From positions 23,681,648 to 23,745,647 of the forward strand of contig NC_092673.1 of NCBI RefSeq assembly GCF_964355755.1: a stretch of 64,000 bases of DNA. The letters run 5' to 3'. This DNA is from Antedon mediterranea (taxonomy: Eukaryota > Animalia > Echinodermata). Positions 36,491-50,180 of this stretch are shown in pieces (the stretch's first letter is position 1; the number at the start of each line of letters is the position of its first letter). Made by a program: the position numbers and the translations under genes. A model generated the notes under the pieces. The model ran no database searches. It was not told the origin of the DNA and worked only from the letters and a program-made list of their open reading frames with translations.

Positions 36491-36627
36491 TAAAGCTCTG
36501 TCTACACTATCATCAAACTAGTTTGACAAAAAAAGTGTGATGTGCCCAAATATGATGACAACATCATGTCCATATATGGGCACATCACATTTTGTTGTCG
36601 CATAAAAATTTGATAGTGTAGACAAAG
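36491..36627. mobile_element. PIF/Harbinger MITE, family A
   Basis: TAA|AGCTCTGTCTACACTATC...TTTGATAGTGTAGACAAAG. Confidence 0.85.
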
Positions 36628-38138
36628 AAATACATTATTCAATACTGTAAGTTCCTTAGCCTATGAACGTGCAAGTCTCATACAATAGTGTACACATAAA
36701 GCAAACTTGCTACTGCTCCTAGCGCTTTTTATTTAAACTTAATTGCAGAGATTTCAATATCTCATTTGTTGTCATTTGCATTTAATTAAACAAAAACTTA
36801 TTCTAAAAATTCACTGTTTGTAAGAATTACTAGAATCTTTCTACTTACCGTCAATATGTTTGTTGTGATTGATTTCTATTAAATGTATGTCCCTTTTGAA
36901 CAAACTCGCATCACAAGTTGATATCTGTGCAATATCTTCTTGCGGCATACATACTATTTCTCACCCTGTGGCTGACAAATGGAGTGTGCATAGATAAAAA
37001 AAAAAGAATAAAACCAAATCAATATCCATCTTCAAGTCCCATCTATTAACAATTCATGCGTTACGACCATGTAACATGATGGCCGGTTATTCAATTCCCG
37101 GCAGGTGGAACTGGCCGATAAAGGTGTATCTGGACACTTAAAACTGGACACTTAAAACTGGACACTTGACCCTCAACTCCTTCATTATCTGGCTATCGGT
37201 CTCTAAGCCTACATCAATAGATCTGAAATCTAAAGGCGTTATCATTAGCACAATTGTATAGTCTTTCAGTATGAAATTTAGCACTTAGTGCAATAGAACT
37301 ATGTCCTTGGTTGGTTAGTGTTTTGCTGTTTCATGCTTTAAACCTTATTTAAGTGAAATTATACAATATTAATGAAGTTAATTATGTGATGTCTTGGTAT
37401 TGTAAATTAATGGAGTTGTTACTGTGTTATTGTGTTAGATGACTGAGAATTAGGTAAAAGTTTAGATAGTGTACTACTAGAGTACTACTACACCTGGTAT
37501 CTTTGTAAAGTTGTAGTCTACTATAGTAATTCACACCTTCAACAGATATTTGTGTATCTTTCTTTCGTTAAAAATAATATGGTATGATTTATTTTGTATT
37601 ACTGTCAATAGTTAAATAGTTTAAACAGGAGGGAAAGATCAAAGCTATTACTTAATTTCAATCATATACTGTTAGTGTTATATTGATCCAAACTTTATTT
37701 TAGAATCGGTTTTCCATATTGAATTAATATCTGGAGTACATGTCTAGATTTTAAAGCCTGGGGCCTTAAACACTATATTAGGTTTACAATTTGTTTGCCA
37801 TAATTCACTTTTCATTCATTTTTTTTTCGGGTTGGATCGTTAATGTCATGATCATTTTGAGGTGAGTGATTGAAATAGGAAATTTCTAAAATATAAAGAA
37901 CTTGCATTGAATTTAAACTGTATTTTCTGTATAAAAAATGGTATTAAATTCTAAGCATTTAGCTATACATTTGTATAGCACAAAGGCAGTGTACAGTATT
38001 TATTGGTTTAAAAGTAAAAATATGAGTACACATATTTCTCATTCATAAGATTCACCGGACAAAAATCATTTGCGAGTTGGTTGGTGGCGCTGTTCTCATC
38101 AGGTCAGTGAATATTTGATGTCAAAGTTTACCTTGAGT

Positions 38139-38333
38139 CTAAGGCTGTGTTTATACAACACCCTAAATTTGAACACGCCAACAGCAACCGGGAATCCACA
38201 AAATTGTTGGATTCAGCCAAGTAGCCTTTTTGCAATTAAAATCTCATTACACAGAATCTCTTCGATGTTTCAACACACTTCTCGTTGGAGTGTTGAATAT
38301 GCGTGTAATAGCGTGTTGTATGAACGCGCCCTA
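38139..38333. mobile_element. PIF/Harbinger-like MITE (single copy seen)
   Basis: Imperfect TIR AGGCTGTGTTTATACAACAC / GTGTTGTATGAACGCGCCCT. Confidence 0.5.
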
Positions 38334-39502
38334 ATCTGCCTGTACCTGATAATATAGTTTAGTTTTAATCAAACTTCATTTTGATTTCAGATTAGCAATT
38401 ACCTGCACTTGATAAAATCTCTCCCCCAATGGACCAAAATAATAACATTTCTTACTGTTTCAACAAACTTAACTAAATTTTGTAAACGCAATTAGATTAA
38501 AAATGTAAACGATTTGCCTGTTAAGTCAACAATGCTTGCATTTGAAGTAAATTCAACTTGACAGTGATAAATTGCTTCTACAAATTGAACATGATTGTTA
38601 ATAATAACAGTAATTAGACTTAATGTTTCCAATCCAATCACATGTGTAATAAACGTATAGCTAGTTTTTCTTCAGATTTTAGCAATATTTTTATTTATCA
38701 TGAAAGATTTTTTTATATTTTTATGTGGTATTTTATACCATCTCTTTAATACAGTATATGGTACTTATTCCTAATAGTAGTTATACTGTGGTTACTATTC
38801 CATTGTTTAATGTTATTAACATAATTTGTCATTAGCATCATAATTTATGTAGGCTTGGTATAAGTTTTTAAAAAATATTTAAAAACATCTATTTTATAAT
38901 AATTATACAAAATCAAAAATTGATTTATATTTTTTTAATAAGCTTGAAGATCACATGCCATACTGATACTGATATTATTTTATTGTCCATAGTATAATAT
39001 AAAAATTAAAATGGAAATATATTTGAAACTGGCAAGAAATATAAAAAAAATTTTATACTATTATACAAATTCAGAAGATTACAACAAAATACATTGAAAG
39101 CCATGTTATACTTAATAATTATTCTTGGTTATCTGCGGTTCAGATTTCATTCTAGCCCACCAGGCACTTTTAAAGAAAGTCAACTGACTTGCCCAGGGCG
39201 TTTTTACATCTAAGCAACAGTGATAGTGCAAGTGTTGAAAAAGTATTATATATAGCCAATTTAAATGCGAACATGAGCGTGTTAAAATCATGAAGCTTTT
39301 AAACTATATACACAACACACTAGAAAACTGGTCTATTTGAAAGCTTTTGATGTCAGCTTTTTATTACATCATACAAAATCCACTGTGTATAATTTTTTAA
39401 AAAGCTCATTCAGATTATCTTTAAATGAAGTTCATACATTGCTTAATGTGAGGAAGGTTGCTGCAATAAACACATGCACACTTCGGGGACCTACTTTTAT
39501 TC

Positions 39503-39666
39503 TTAAGCTCTGTCTACACTATCAAACCTAGTTTATAAAAAAAAGTGTGATGTGCCCAAATATGGAAGTGATACAGTATGCACAAATATGGTAGTGCTAT
39601 ATGTCCATATATGGGTACATCACATTTTTTTGTCACATAAAGTTTGATAGTGTAGACAGAGCTTTA
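39503..39666. mobile_element. PIF/Harbinger MITE, family A, with TTA target duplication
   Basis: TTA|AGCTCTGTCTACACTATCAAAC...GTTTGATAGTGTAGACAGAGCT|TTA. Confidence 0.9.
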
Positions 39667-40199
39667 GATGTCTTTAATATTAACAACAACACTCCTATTT
39701 TTTGTGCACAGATAATTTGTTTTTTTGGTGAGGTTTCAATATTTCAAATTAGATTGTACCATACAGTAGTTGGCCTACTTTATGGTATATCTTATGTTTT
39801 GTTCATTATAGAACAACAATTTTATAATTATCTGTCTTCACTATTTTATCGTATCCAAACTATTTTCATTATCAAGAATAAAATATATAAAATACAAAAA
39901 GCAAATTAATTTAATACTGATGCTCTTTATCTTGCTAACAAACAATGAATTCTGAAGTGATGCTGTTGCTTTATACTAGATTGCACATTCATTTATGAAT
40001 TTTGTGTGATCTTTGATCTTTGATTTCTTTTATTATCGTTTTCTTGGATTTTTTTTTTCTGTGATGAACTGTAATCAATGCATGAAATTCTCCTGATTAC
40101 CTTTTAATGTGCTTTTGCTGGAAATGTAGATGAGACCATAAATGATAGTAAAAATATCGAATGTTAAAGGAGAAGTTTTATCTAGTAGAAACAATGTAC

Positions 40200-40460
40200 A
40201 TTATGGCCTATAAGACAAGCGGAAATGTGTGGCTTTTCCCATTAATTTACACAGCTCACAGAATTTGCGAGCTGTGTGGCGTGGCGGAAATTAGGTGCTT
40301 GTATGCGATTTCTATCCTTAGCGGATTTCCGCTCAACCACCCATTCGCTCCGCGTTCTGTGTAAAATGGTCATAAGAAATATAGAGTAGATTTTATTTTT
40401 GCGTTTTCCGCTCACCTTTACCTGTTACCGTTACCGCTCGACGGTGTAAATTGGCCTTTA
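40200..40460. mobile_element. PIF/Harbinger-like MITE, family C
   Basis: Ends TTACCGTTACCGCTCGACGGTGTAAATTGGCCTTTA; internal blocks shared with 46110-46231 and 54391-54560. Confidence 0.65.
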
Positions 40461-40603
40461 AGCATGGTTTCTAAGAATGAAAACATTATGCGACCAATCA
40501 TACTTTAAAAAAATGAGTTGCCACATGTTCATGACTGTTTATGCAAAAAAGTCTAAGACATGAGACATAAGATCGCAATGAGAATTATAGCTATTCATTC
40601 TTG

Positions 40604-40722
40604 TAGTGGAAAATGATAAAAATGTAGCACGATTTGTTTTCTCTGTAGAAACATTGCATAGTGGAAAATGATAAAAATGTAGCACGATTTGTTTTCTCTG
40701 TAGAAACATTGCATAGTGGAAA
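40604..40722 (+). repeat. ~55 bp tandem duplication
   Basis: TAGTGGAAAATGATAAAAATGTAGCACGATTTGTTTTCTCTGTAGAAACATTGCA occurs twice. Confidence 0.9.
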
Positions 40723-42149
40723 ACATAGTTTAAATTAACAGTGGTTGTATTGAAATAATAGGACATTAAATTGATTAAAAGTCTTTTGCCAAAAAATTAT
40801 GTCAATGCGAAATTAAATTTAAAAAAAATAAGAAAAAGTTCAAAGTTGTATGTTGCTCGTTATACTTCACATTGGTGGTAAAAATGACAACAACTTTGTG
40901 ATTCACTCTAATAATTATGGCTCTTCTAAATGTTAATAATGACAGTATTTTCAAAGATCAAAACATTAATGTTCCTTTCCAATGATATCAAAGTTGTTTT
41001 TAACCATAGGCTGGGGAAAAACAACCATGAATACGTAAACATTTTCCAAATTGAATAGATTTTCACACGTCTCTTGAAATTTATTTTGTTAATTAACCTA
41101 TAAACCGAGATATACAGTAATCTAGAGTAAATTATTTCTGTTCCCAGTTCTTTAAAGTTGGTTTTTATTTTTATGAAGCCACCACCAGGCTTGTAATAAT
41201 AAAAATGACGTAGGTTATTATATCATCTTTGTTAAGAGTACTACTAGAGATAAATTAAAAATACTGTTTGTTGTTTAAATTGCTTTCTAAATTTTTGATA
41301 GAAATTCTTCTATGCTTGGGGCTTAAATAAGACAAAAACAATCCGGTTTTCAGTTCAATAAATACTTGGCGACTGTCTTATTGAATTTATTCGACTCTTA
41401 ATGTATAATATGAGATATTTAATAGTAGTATTCTTTATCTTTATTCATCAATTATTAAATACATAAAATAATTCTTCCTGGAGGCCAGTCAAGTCTAGTA
41501 CTTCGTGATATTATTGTATTTATTCCACTTTTTATGCATAAAGATAGTTGTATACAAACAACTCTACTTGTAAATGTACAAGATATTTTCTGCACCTCAC
41601 AAACTTCCCCCTTAATGTGGAGGCCTCAGAGTTAAATCCATGGAAAAGTTTCCCACATTAATGTCCCAAGGAATACTAGGATGTAACACAGGACATATGC
41701 ACAATGCCACTGACCAGTAATTTGACCAATCACAAGGGATGGATTATTCTAACTGTCACTTTTTACTTGTTGGGCTTGCGTTACACTGTTTTAGTGGGAA
41801 CCAAGCTTTAGAGGTTTCTGTGTCTGAAAAGTATTTTGATTTGTTAATAATAATGTTTAATTCATACTATAACATTCTGTTGCGATTATTTATTTTTGAT
41901 TTATGAGGAAACAATTACTGTCCTACAATCTGATTTAGAACTAGGTCATGAATTCATCTTGGTGATATTGTTCATGTGATCCATTTCACACAGCCAAGAC
42001 AAAAATAACTAATTTAATAATTCAGGGTATGTGTTGACACATAATACATAGCATGTGTCTATAGTGTAAAATACTGTACCACAAAGAAAAAGGGAGGGTT
42101 ACGAGATAATGTTAAGTAGAAAAAGAATAGTAGAAATTAAAATTAATAC

Positions 42150-42412
42150 CTATCTATCTATCTATCTATCTATCCTTCGGCTGAGGAGCAGACTTTTCCA
42201 AGCACTTCGATCTATGGGCAAGTGAGGCTATTTGTTCAGCTTATATCATGCTTGATTGTTTGTACCCTAGATTGTACCCTAGAACATGTTGAACATAGGC
42301 TGAATAAGATGTTCAAGGACGTTTAAGCCTCCTTTTGCTATGAGTTAGTATATAGAGAGCGTATGTTCTTGCGGGTCCTGTGGCACACGGAGAATGTGCC
42401 CAAGGAATCTTA
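42150..42412 (-). mobile_element. 3' fragment of an RTE-clade LINE with (GATA)n tail
   Basis: Minus strand, with frameshifts: RFLGHILR...ARTYALY..THSKRRLKRP*TSY...EQIASLAH/DRSAWKSL, then (GATA)n. Confidence 0.75.
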
Positions 42413-42885
42413 TTCTTAGTACCATGAATTGCATTAAGGCCCATTTATTTTTGTCAGTTTAGCTATTGGTTTCTATTCATGCCCAAGTTTTTTATAATAG
42501 CATAGGATGGAAGGTAGCACATATTTAAGTTGCATTTGAAAGAGGGAGACATGACAGATACTGTTGAACATGCATACTGTACCTTGTAGATATATTAGTA
42601 ATAAATGTTTGACTACAATTGAGTTTAGTAATAGTAAATATAAATATTTTATTGTTCCCATGATAACAATCACCAAATTTGTCATGTTTAACCACTAGTT
42701 TCTAACCTTAAATTCATGTCGCTGACATAGTTTCGCTCCATAGTTATTCAATATTTTTATAGTGACATTTAAGTAAATTATGGTGACACAATTGCATATA
42801 CCAGTACGTGAGCTTAACTTAATTACGATCTTGAATTGACCAAAAATGTGAACTAGGCACATGTATTTGATTCGTAAATGACGAA

Positions 42886-43296
42886 AAGATGTGCCAATCT
42901 TTTGAACTATTTTGATAATTAATCACGTTTTATTCTTCAGAATGAATTAGATTAGTACGATTTTCAGTTTCATTGGAATCTTTTCTGAACGTTTAATAAA
43001 TTATATATAATAGACCGTGTTAAAATTATTGTACAGCAGTTACTGCAGCAATTAGACTTTGTTTACTTTATAAATCTGTTTTTATATATAGTAGAACCCC
43101 TCATTTGCGACACCCATTAGTAAATGATGCAAAGATTTGCCAATCTTTTGAACTATTGAGATAATTAATCACGTTTTATTCTTCAGAATGAATTAGATTA
43201 GTACGATTTTCAGTTTCATTGGAATCTTTTGTGAACGTTTAATGAATTATAATAGACAGTGTTAAAATTATTGTACAGCAGTAACTGCAGCAATTA
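42886..43296 (+). repeat. ~170 bp direct duplication (42886-43055 and 43131-43296)
   Basis: Near-identical GCCAATCTTTTGAACTATT...GTACAGCAGT.ACTGCAGCAATTAG. Confidence 0.9.
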
Positions 43297-43440
43297 GGTT
43301 CTTTAAATATAGAATAGAACCATTTTCAGGCAACACCAAGCTTTTTTAGGGTAATTGTTATTGCAACAAAATAATGTAGTTACTGCAGTAACTGCAATAG
43401 AACAATGCTCCATTAACAATTTAAACCTTTTCTCTCTTTT

Positions 43441-43514
43441 TGATATGACATTATCGTGTCCATATGGGCACATCACATTTTTTTGTCACATCAAGTTTGA
43501 TAGTGTAGACAGGG
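43441..43514. mobile_element. Partial PIF/Harbinger MITE, family A
   Basis: CATATGGGCACATCACATTTTTTTGTCACA...GTTTGATAGTGTAGACAG. Confidence 0.8.
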
Positions 43515-44803
43515 TCTTATGATATGATGGCTAACAAGTCCCCTATTGAATCTGCCTCTAATATCAATACATTTCATAACAAACTTATTTTTCTCCAGGC
43601 ACTCACTAGCAATGTGTACTTATATGTATCATATGGGTTCATTGCTTTAATATCAAATTCAATATTAAAAAATGGATTAGGCCCTACACGTTCATTGGTT
43701 TGCAGTTACAGTACAATGGGCTGCCAGAATGCAATGTTAAAAGTGTATTCTGTCTGTCCGCTACTGTATATGATATGTACCATAGATTGATAGGAATTTC
43801 AGACAGTTGTAGTAGGAAATACTAAAGAAGTGACTGAAATTTTTCTTCTATATACTGTAAACCTACTTAATTTATAGGTTCTCATAAACCTACAGAGACA
43901 ACTGTCAATAATGACATTTGTTTCATTCATCTAGATTATACATTGTAAGTATTTATTTCACAGGTGTGGTTTTAGTATGAAGACTTAATTGTTACAACAG
44001 AAAAAGGATAAAATATACATAGTAGTTTGTCCGTATGATCTTATTTCTTGTTTGTAGTATCTTCAAACCAAATGATCAGACGATTTTTTCTTTTGATATG
44101 TGACGTATGTCTGTCTGTCTTTTTTTTTATGTATTTTGATGGTTTTGTATTCATTTAGCAGTTGTAGTCATCATAATACATTTTATAAGTTCAGTCCAAT
44201 AAAATAATGCAAATTACAGTAATGAACAATTTTTGATTGATTTTTTTTATGCCAAGAATATAATAAATTTTGAAATGTTGGATGCTTTTTCAACCACAAT
44301 GTTTATACCAGTTTTTTTCTTTTTTTTAACACCATTTTCTCTTTAATGGATTGTTACTTTTAATACTAATAATGATTCATTTTCCCCAAAAAATTTTCCA
44401 GTCTATTTCAATAGTATACAGTACTTCAGAATTTATATCTTTTTAACTTTCATGATTCACATTAAACTCTTTTTTTAATAAACAGAGGGAAGAAAATGTA
44501 ATGGTAATTTAAATTCCGTCATGGAACAGTCTTCCAAAATGTCAATGATGTAAAATTCTACTTAATAACAATCATGATGGTATGTCATTTAAATGTCATT
44601 TGTTGAAAACACAGCTCTGTTGCTGTTACCATCGACAAATTATAAACTAAACTCAACATTATGATTTTTTTTCATTTGCAAATTGCATTGATTGTTACTG
44701 ATGCTGAATATAACATTTATTATAGCATGAATTACTACTTTTTAATGAGAATGAGGCAGTGAAGAATTATGAAAACTTGTGAATTTGAGAGATTTTCCAC
44801 ATG

Positions 44804-45438
44804 TCATTAAAATGTTGTAATAAATGCTACAATGTCATTTTGATGTTATTGACAGCGCAAAATAAATGGAAAGATTTTGAAAAAAATTCCAACAATTCTA
44901 TTCCTAATTGATGAAAAATCAAATGTTATTTTGAATGTTCTCCTCCATTTATTTTAAAATATAAATTTTCAACATTTTCATAGGATTATAAGTTTTCTGT
45001 AGAATATTTTTTTGTTTACACAACTTCAATTTTCACGATCGTTTGTCCTCACAAAACATTAATAGCACACACAAAAAAACATTGTTATTCAAACATTAAA
45101 GATAATGTATACATTTGTCATTAAAATAAAAAAAAACATTAAAATGTTATAATAAATTCTACAATGTCATTTTGATGTTATTGACAACACAAGATAAATG
45201 GAAAGATTTTGAGAAAAAATTCCACAGATTCTATTCCTAATTGATGAAAAATAGAATATTTTAAAATAAAAATAGCAACATTTTCATTCTAAACTATGGA
45301 TTAAGTTTTCTGTTTAATATTTTATTTTTACACAACTTCAATTTTCGCGATCGTTTGTCCTCACAAAACATTAATAGCACACACAAAAGACATTGTTATT
45401 CAACCATTAAAGATAATGTATACATTTGTCATTAAAAT
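44804..45438 (+). repeat. ~310-330 bp tandem duplication
   Basis: CATTAAAATGTT.TAATAAAT.CTACAATGTCATTTTGATG...GTATACATTTGTCATTAAAATA occurs twice. Confidence 0.9.
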
Positions 45439-46109
45439 ATAAATGTTACAGGTCATATTGGAACAGGTGTCAGTGTCATAAAAATGTATTACCATATACA
45501 AGGGTAATTGATATTTTTTTTTTAAAACCAATATCAAATGTTTAATACATTATTTAACTTTCTTTGGCAAAAATCATGTTTTCTTGATTTGTTTTTGTTA
45601 AAAATGTTCTTTACATCTAGCTAGGTGGCAGCATATAATATTTGTTGAGTTTTTCTTGTATGGAAACTTATAATACTGACATTCTTAATAGTAAAACGGG
45701 CATGAAAAATATGAAATTGGAAAAAAAAATTGTAAATTACAACTTAATAAATATTCAGATAATTTTTAAATAGAAAAAAATATATTAATATACAGTTTTT
45801 AAAGTAAAAAACCAACCAACGATATGATTGAAATGACGTCATCTATCAACAACTTTTTTTTGCGTCCGTCGAGTCAAAGACGACAATAAATACGAGTGCC
45901 GTAGTAGGCCTAGCCTAGTTTGCAACTTCTTCTTATTCAGAAATACAAACACCTACGACGTGAATAATTGTTTGTATAAGGATAGTGAAAGAAAATATAC
46001 ATTTTAGTACGTTATTAGGCAACAAGTCTCTAAAACTCAGATCTGTGTGTGCTAGGCCTACTGACAGTCAGTCACATCCAGGCCAGCAGTGACTGTAACA
46101 TGCATTAGC

Positions 46110-46231
46110 CTCGGGGCCTACACGCACCTACTTTCCACCACTCCGTTCGCGAACTCCGCACGCTGTGTAAATGGGAAAAGCCACGCGGTTTTTCGCTTAC
46201 ATTTACCGCTTACTGTGTAAATTAGCCTTAA
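46110..46231. mobile_element. Partial PIF/Harbinger-like MITE, family C
   Basis: GGGAAAAGCCAC is the reverse complement of ~40229-40240; ends TGTGTAAATTAGCCTTAA. Confidence 0.55.
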
Positions 46232-48020
46232 CCCCCCCCCCCCTTCCAAGTTTTAAATAAACAAGACAAAAGTTATAAAGACAATAACATCTAATGTAGA
46301 AAATGGTGGCATGTCTGCAATTGCCTACCTTTTTTTGCCGCAAAATCATATGAGAAATGGGAAGATACTGTATTATTAAAATAAATAAAAAAACAACATC
46401 CAAAATATTCAAAAACATTAAAAATAATATGAATTTTTAAAAAGTGTTTGGAAAATATTATAATTTAAATTGTTAATTATTACACCTTGTTTTAATCAAG
46501 TATGTTTAGTTTAGTTATACTGTTTGTAAATTAATATTTATAGAATACAAACTATATATTCTTAAATAATCTATGTTCAGTTTGTTCTAATTTGTTGCTG
46601 ATTTTTCAACTTCCATTTTTGGCATGCTTATAATTTACAGATTTTCTAATTTTGTATCAATAATTTGTAAAAAGCTTTCTCAGAAGAAAGTTTATTAGCT
46701 TAAAAACAGCAAACATTGAACTAAGGGACCACATCAAAATTCATTCTGTTGTAATTATTACATTGAATTATATTAATTCAGTTTAATACAAATAGGATAT
46801 TCTCATTTATTTCTGGTGGCCGAATCATTAACTTTAACACAGTGAAACAAATTAAAAGCCATTTTATTGCAGAATGTAGGTACTGCAGTAACTGCAGTAC
46901 AACAGTTTTGACATGATCCCTTGCTGGAATTCCTGGTGGGACTTAGAAATCTGTTTCTTTGATGTACTCTTTGATTGCAAAATAAAACAAAGATCATTCC
47001 AACGCCATTCAGTGTTGATCGATGCATTTCTATGCTAATATACTCATCTCAAGACGGTATTACTATATTAGACAAATGTGGTGTTATGTTGTAAAAGAAG
47101 TATTACTTTGAAATCTCAATGACACGTATGAAAATGCTTTAGGGGCATAGCAGGTTTTGTGTCAGTTGAAATAATGTTCTGAATTTTAACCCCTCGAATT
47201 ATGAAAAGAAAATTTACAATTTTTGTGAGACTGTAATTCAATGTAGCTTAGTGATGTGTCTGTTTTATTCCGTGATTTGCGCTGCTGTGGTTATCGATTT
47301 TTTTTTTTCGATGATTCTGATGGCATCCTTGTCCAATCTATTCTTTTACATAATATCTTTTTTCTATGATGTTGATGGACATCATCAATTTCCTTGCACT
47401 GACCCGCGTATTATTTCTGTATCAAAACTTCTGTGATGTATAGCATGACTGAAAAATCACATTGTTTCACCGTACCGCCATCTGTAGCATTATTATTGTC
47501 TGTCACCTAATAAAACGAACTGGATTCTTTTGCAAACTGTTTTTTTTAAATTTAAAATACTGTATATTTTCTATGCTTTAAAATGCATTATAAAACCACT
47601 ACTTTAATAGTAAAAAAACAGATATTTTGTTGTGACAAGGTTGTGTAGATTCAGGAAAGATATGTTTGTTTTCCACTATGTAAATCGATAAAAAAAAATC
47701 ATACATTCTGGGAAATAAATAAATCTAATCAAATGCATCAAACATTCCTGGGCTCTGATTTGTGGGCATTGATTCGCACAAATAAATTTTTCTAGTAACT
47801 TTTACTACTCTGCTGTAATCCCAAATTAATTCTGTAAGTAACCGATTTATTTTGGTCCAAGAATTGGAAATTTCCCGATTTATTTGACAAAGCTCCTGTA
47901 ACCTTTAAAGCATTACAATTATTATATTACATAATATCATTTTTCTTGGAGTTTACATATCTGTATCATTGATATACCGTAATTACATAAAGATTTGATA
48001 ACTCTTCTTTTTCTCTGTTA

Positions 48021-48065
48021 CTTATTCCAGGGAGTTGTTATCTAATAACAACTCCCTGCTTATTC
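48021..48065. mobile_element. 31-bp TIR-only element with 7-bp direct repeats
   Basis: CTTATTC | CAGGGAGTTGTTAT-CTA-ATAACAACTCCCTG | CTTATTC. Confidence 0.75.
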
Positions 48066-48895
48066 TTATCTTAACTTTTCCTTAATTTTTGTTTTTAAGC
48101 TCTCAGAAAAAATGTTAAGGGTATTAATTTAAGTTTGTTTCAGATAATGGCTAAGAATGAAATGTTTCTGTACAATAATTGGAAAAAAAAACCTTAACTT
48201 GGTTCTAAAGTCAGTTTAAACAGAAGTGGTTAATAAATAGCTTCCACTTTATAACTTTATACTTATTAATCACTTTCTACCTTGACTTAAGCAAAACTGG
48301 TACAACTGTACCTGAAAACATGATGCATAAAATCAGAATGAAGAATTGTCATTATCATTTAACGTATCTATCCACTTAAAAGTGTATACATTGAACTATA
48401 AAATCTCGTAAAGGGAATTTGTTTTACGTAATTCTGACACAGTTAATGGACAATGAGTATGCACACATTATATCATTAATCCTATATTATAAATATTATA
48501 AGGTAATATCTCTTTTTTGTTGCTCATAAAATAAATTAGATTTAAACTGATTTAAGATTGAATTATTTATAGATTTAGATATTATGAATATGAGAAAATA
48601 ATGTTTGTAACAGGATGCAAGAGAATTAAATTTAATTTAAATTTCAATATGAATGGTTGTTTCATAACAGTCGTAACTAATGGTAATGTCTTGTATACTG
48701 TATATTACAATTTGGTTTTTTTTAGAGACTAAGAATCAATAGAAAAAAGTTTTTTTTTTTAATTCTAAAATAATAGTTTCCTGCTCAATAGAAATTGGCC
48801 CTGTGTAAAATTATAATGAACATATAGAATCTTTTTTTCCCTTTGTTTTTATCTATATTATGCTTTACACATTTTAAACCTTTGTATCATTTCAG

Positions 48896-49005
48896 GATAT
48901 TAGGATTCAGATTTGCTCCATTAGTTGTTGGTAGAATTGTCAATTTGACAAAAGAAATCATTCCTGTTGCTACTGATGAACTAATGAAGACATTTATATA
49001 CAGAG
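48896..49005 (+). CDS. FAM20B: Glycosaminoglycan xylosylkinase, coding exon 3
   Basis: TTTCAG| then [36 protein letters not shown] then G|GTATAA; phase 2/1. Confidence 0.93.
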
Positions 49006-49007
49006 GT

Positions 49008-49930
49008 ATAACTAACACCTGTACAACTAACACCTGTACTAATAATAACACTGTACTAATAACACCTGTACTACTAACACCTGTACTACTAACACCTGTA
49101 CTACTAACACCTGTACTACTAACACCTGTACTACTATCACTGTACTACTAACACCTGTACTACTAACACCTGTACTAATAATAACACCTGTACTAATAAT
49201 AACACCTGTACTAATAATAACACTGTACTAATAACACCTGTACTAATAACACCTGTACTACTAACACCTGTACTACTAACACCTGTACTACTAACACCTG
49301 TACTAATAACACCTGTACTACTAACACCTGTACTACTAACACCTGTACTACTAACACCTGTACTACTAACACCTGTACTACTAACACCTGTACTACTAAC
49401 ACCTGTACTACTATCACTGTACTACTAACACCTATACTACTAACACCTGTACTACTAACACCTGTACTACTAACACCTGTACTACTAACACCTGTACTAC
49501 TAACACCTGTACTACTAACACCTGCACTACTAGCACTTGCACTACTAGCACCTGTACTACTAGCACCTGTACTACTAACACCTGTACTACTAACACCTGT
49601 ACTACTAACACCTGTACTAATAACACCTGTACTAATAACACCTGTACTACTAGCACCTGTACTACTAGCACCTGTACTACTAGCACCTGTACTACTAGCA
49701 CCTGTACTACTAGCACCTGTACTACTAACACCTGTACTACTAACACCTGTACTACTAACCACCTGTACTACTAACCACTGTACTACTATCACTGTACTAC
49801 TATCACTGTACTACTAACACCTGTACTACTAACACCTGTACTACTATCACTGTACTACTAACACTGTACTAATAACACCTGTACTAATAACACCTGTACT
49901 AATAACACCTGTACTACTAACACCTGTACA
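49008..49930 (+). repeat. 15-bp minisatellite (ACTAACACCTGTACT)n, roughly 60 units
   Basis: Direct reading; variant units contain TACTAAT, TACTAGC, TACTATC; explains the VLVVQ/VSSTG ORFs. Confidence 0.97.
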
Positions 49931-50180
49931 ACTACTCCCTGGGCAACTACTCCCTGGACAACTGTACCCCAGGCAACTATTCCTATTGGAAACTAACACC
50001 TGTAATACTAACACCTGTAATATTAACACCTGTACTTAACTAACACCTGGGCAGCGCAACTAACACATGGGCAACTACTCCCTGGGCAACTGTACCTTGG
50101 ACAACTATCCCTTGAAAACTACTTCCTGGGCAACTGTACCCTGGACAACTGTGCCTGGACAATTAACACCTGTACTGCTA
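49930..50180 (+). repeat. Degenerate GG(G/A)CAACT(ACT/GTA)CCCT repeats interleaved with the 15-mer
   Basis: Repeated CAACTACTCCCTGG and CAACTGTACCC. Confidence 0.75.

Noticed and set aside
49211-49792. 193-aa VSSTG / VLVVQ ORFs resembling a mucin or antifreeze protein
   Set aside because: Antisense readings of the intronic 15-bp satellite; no splice or start context
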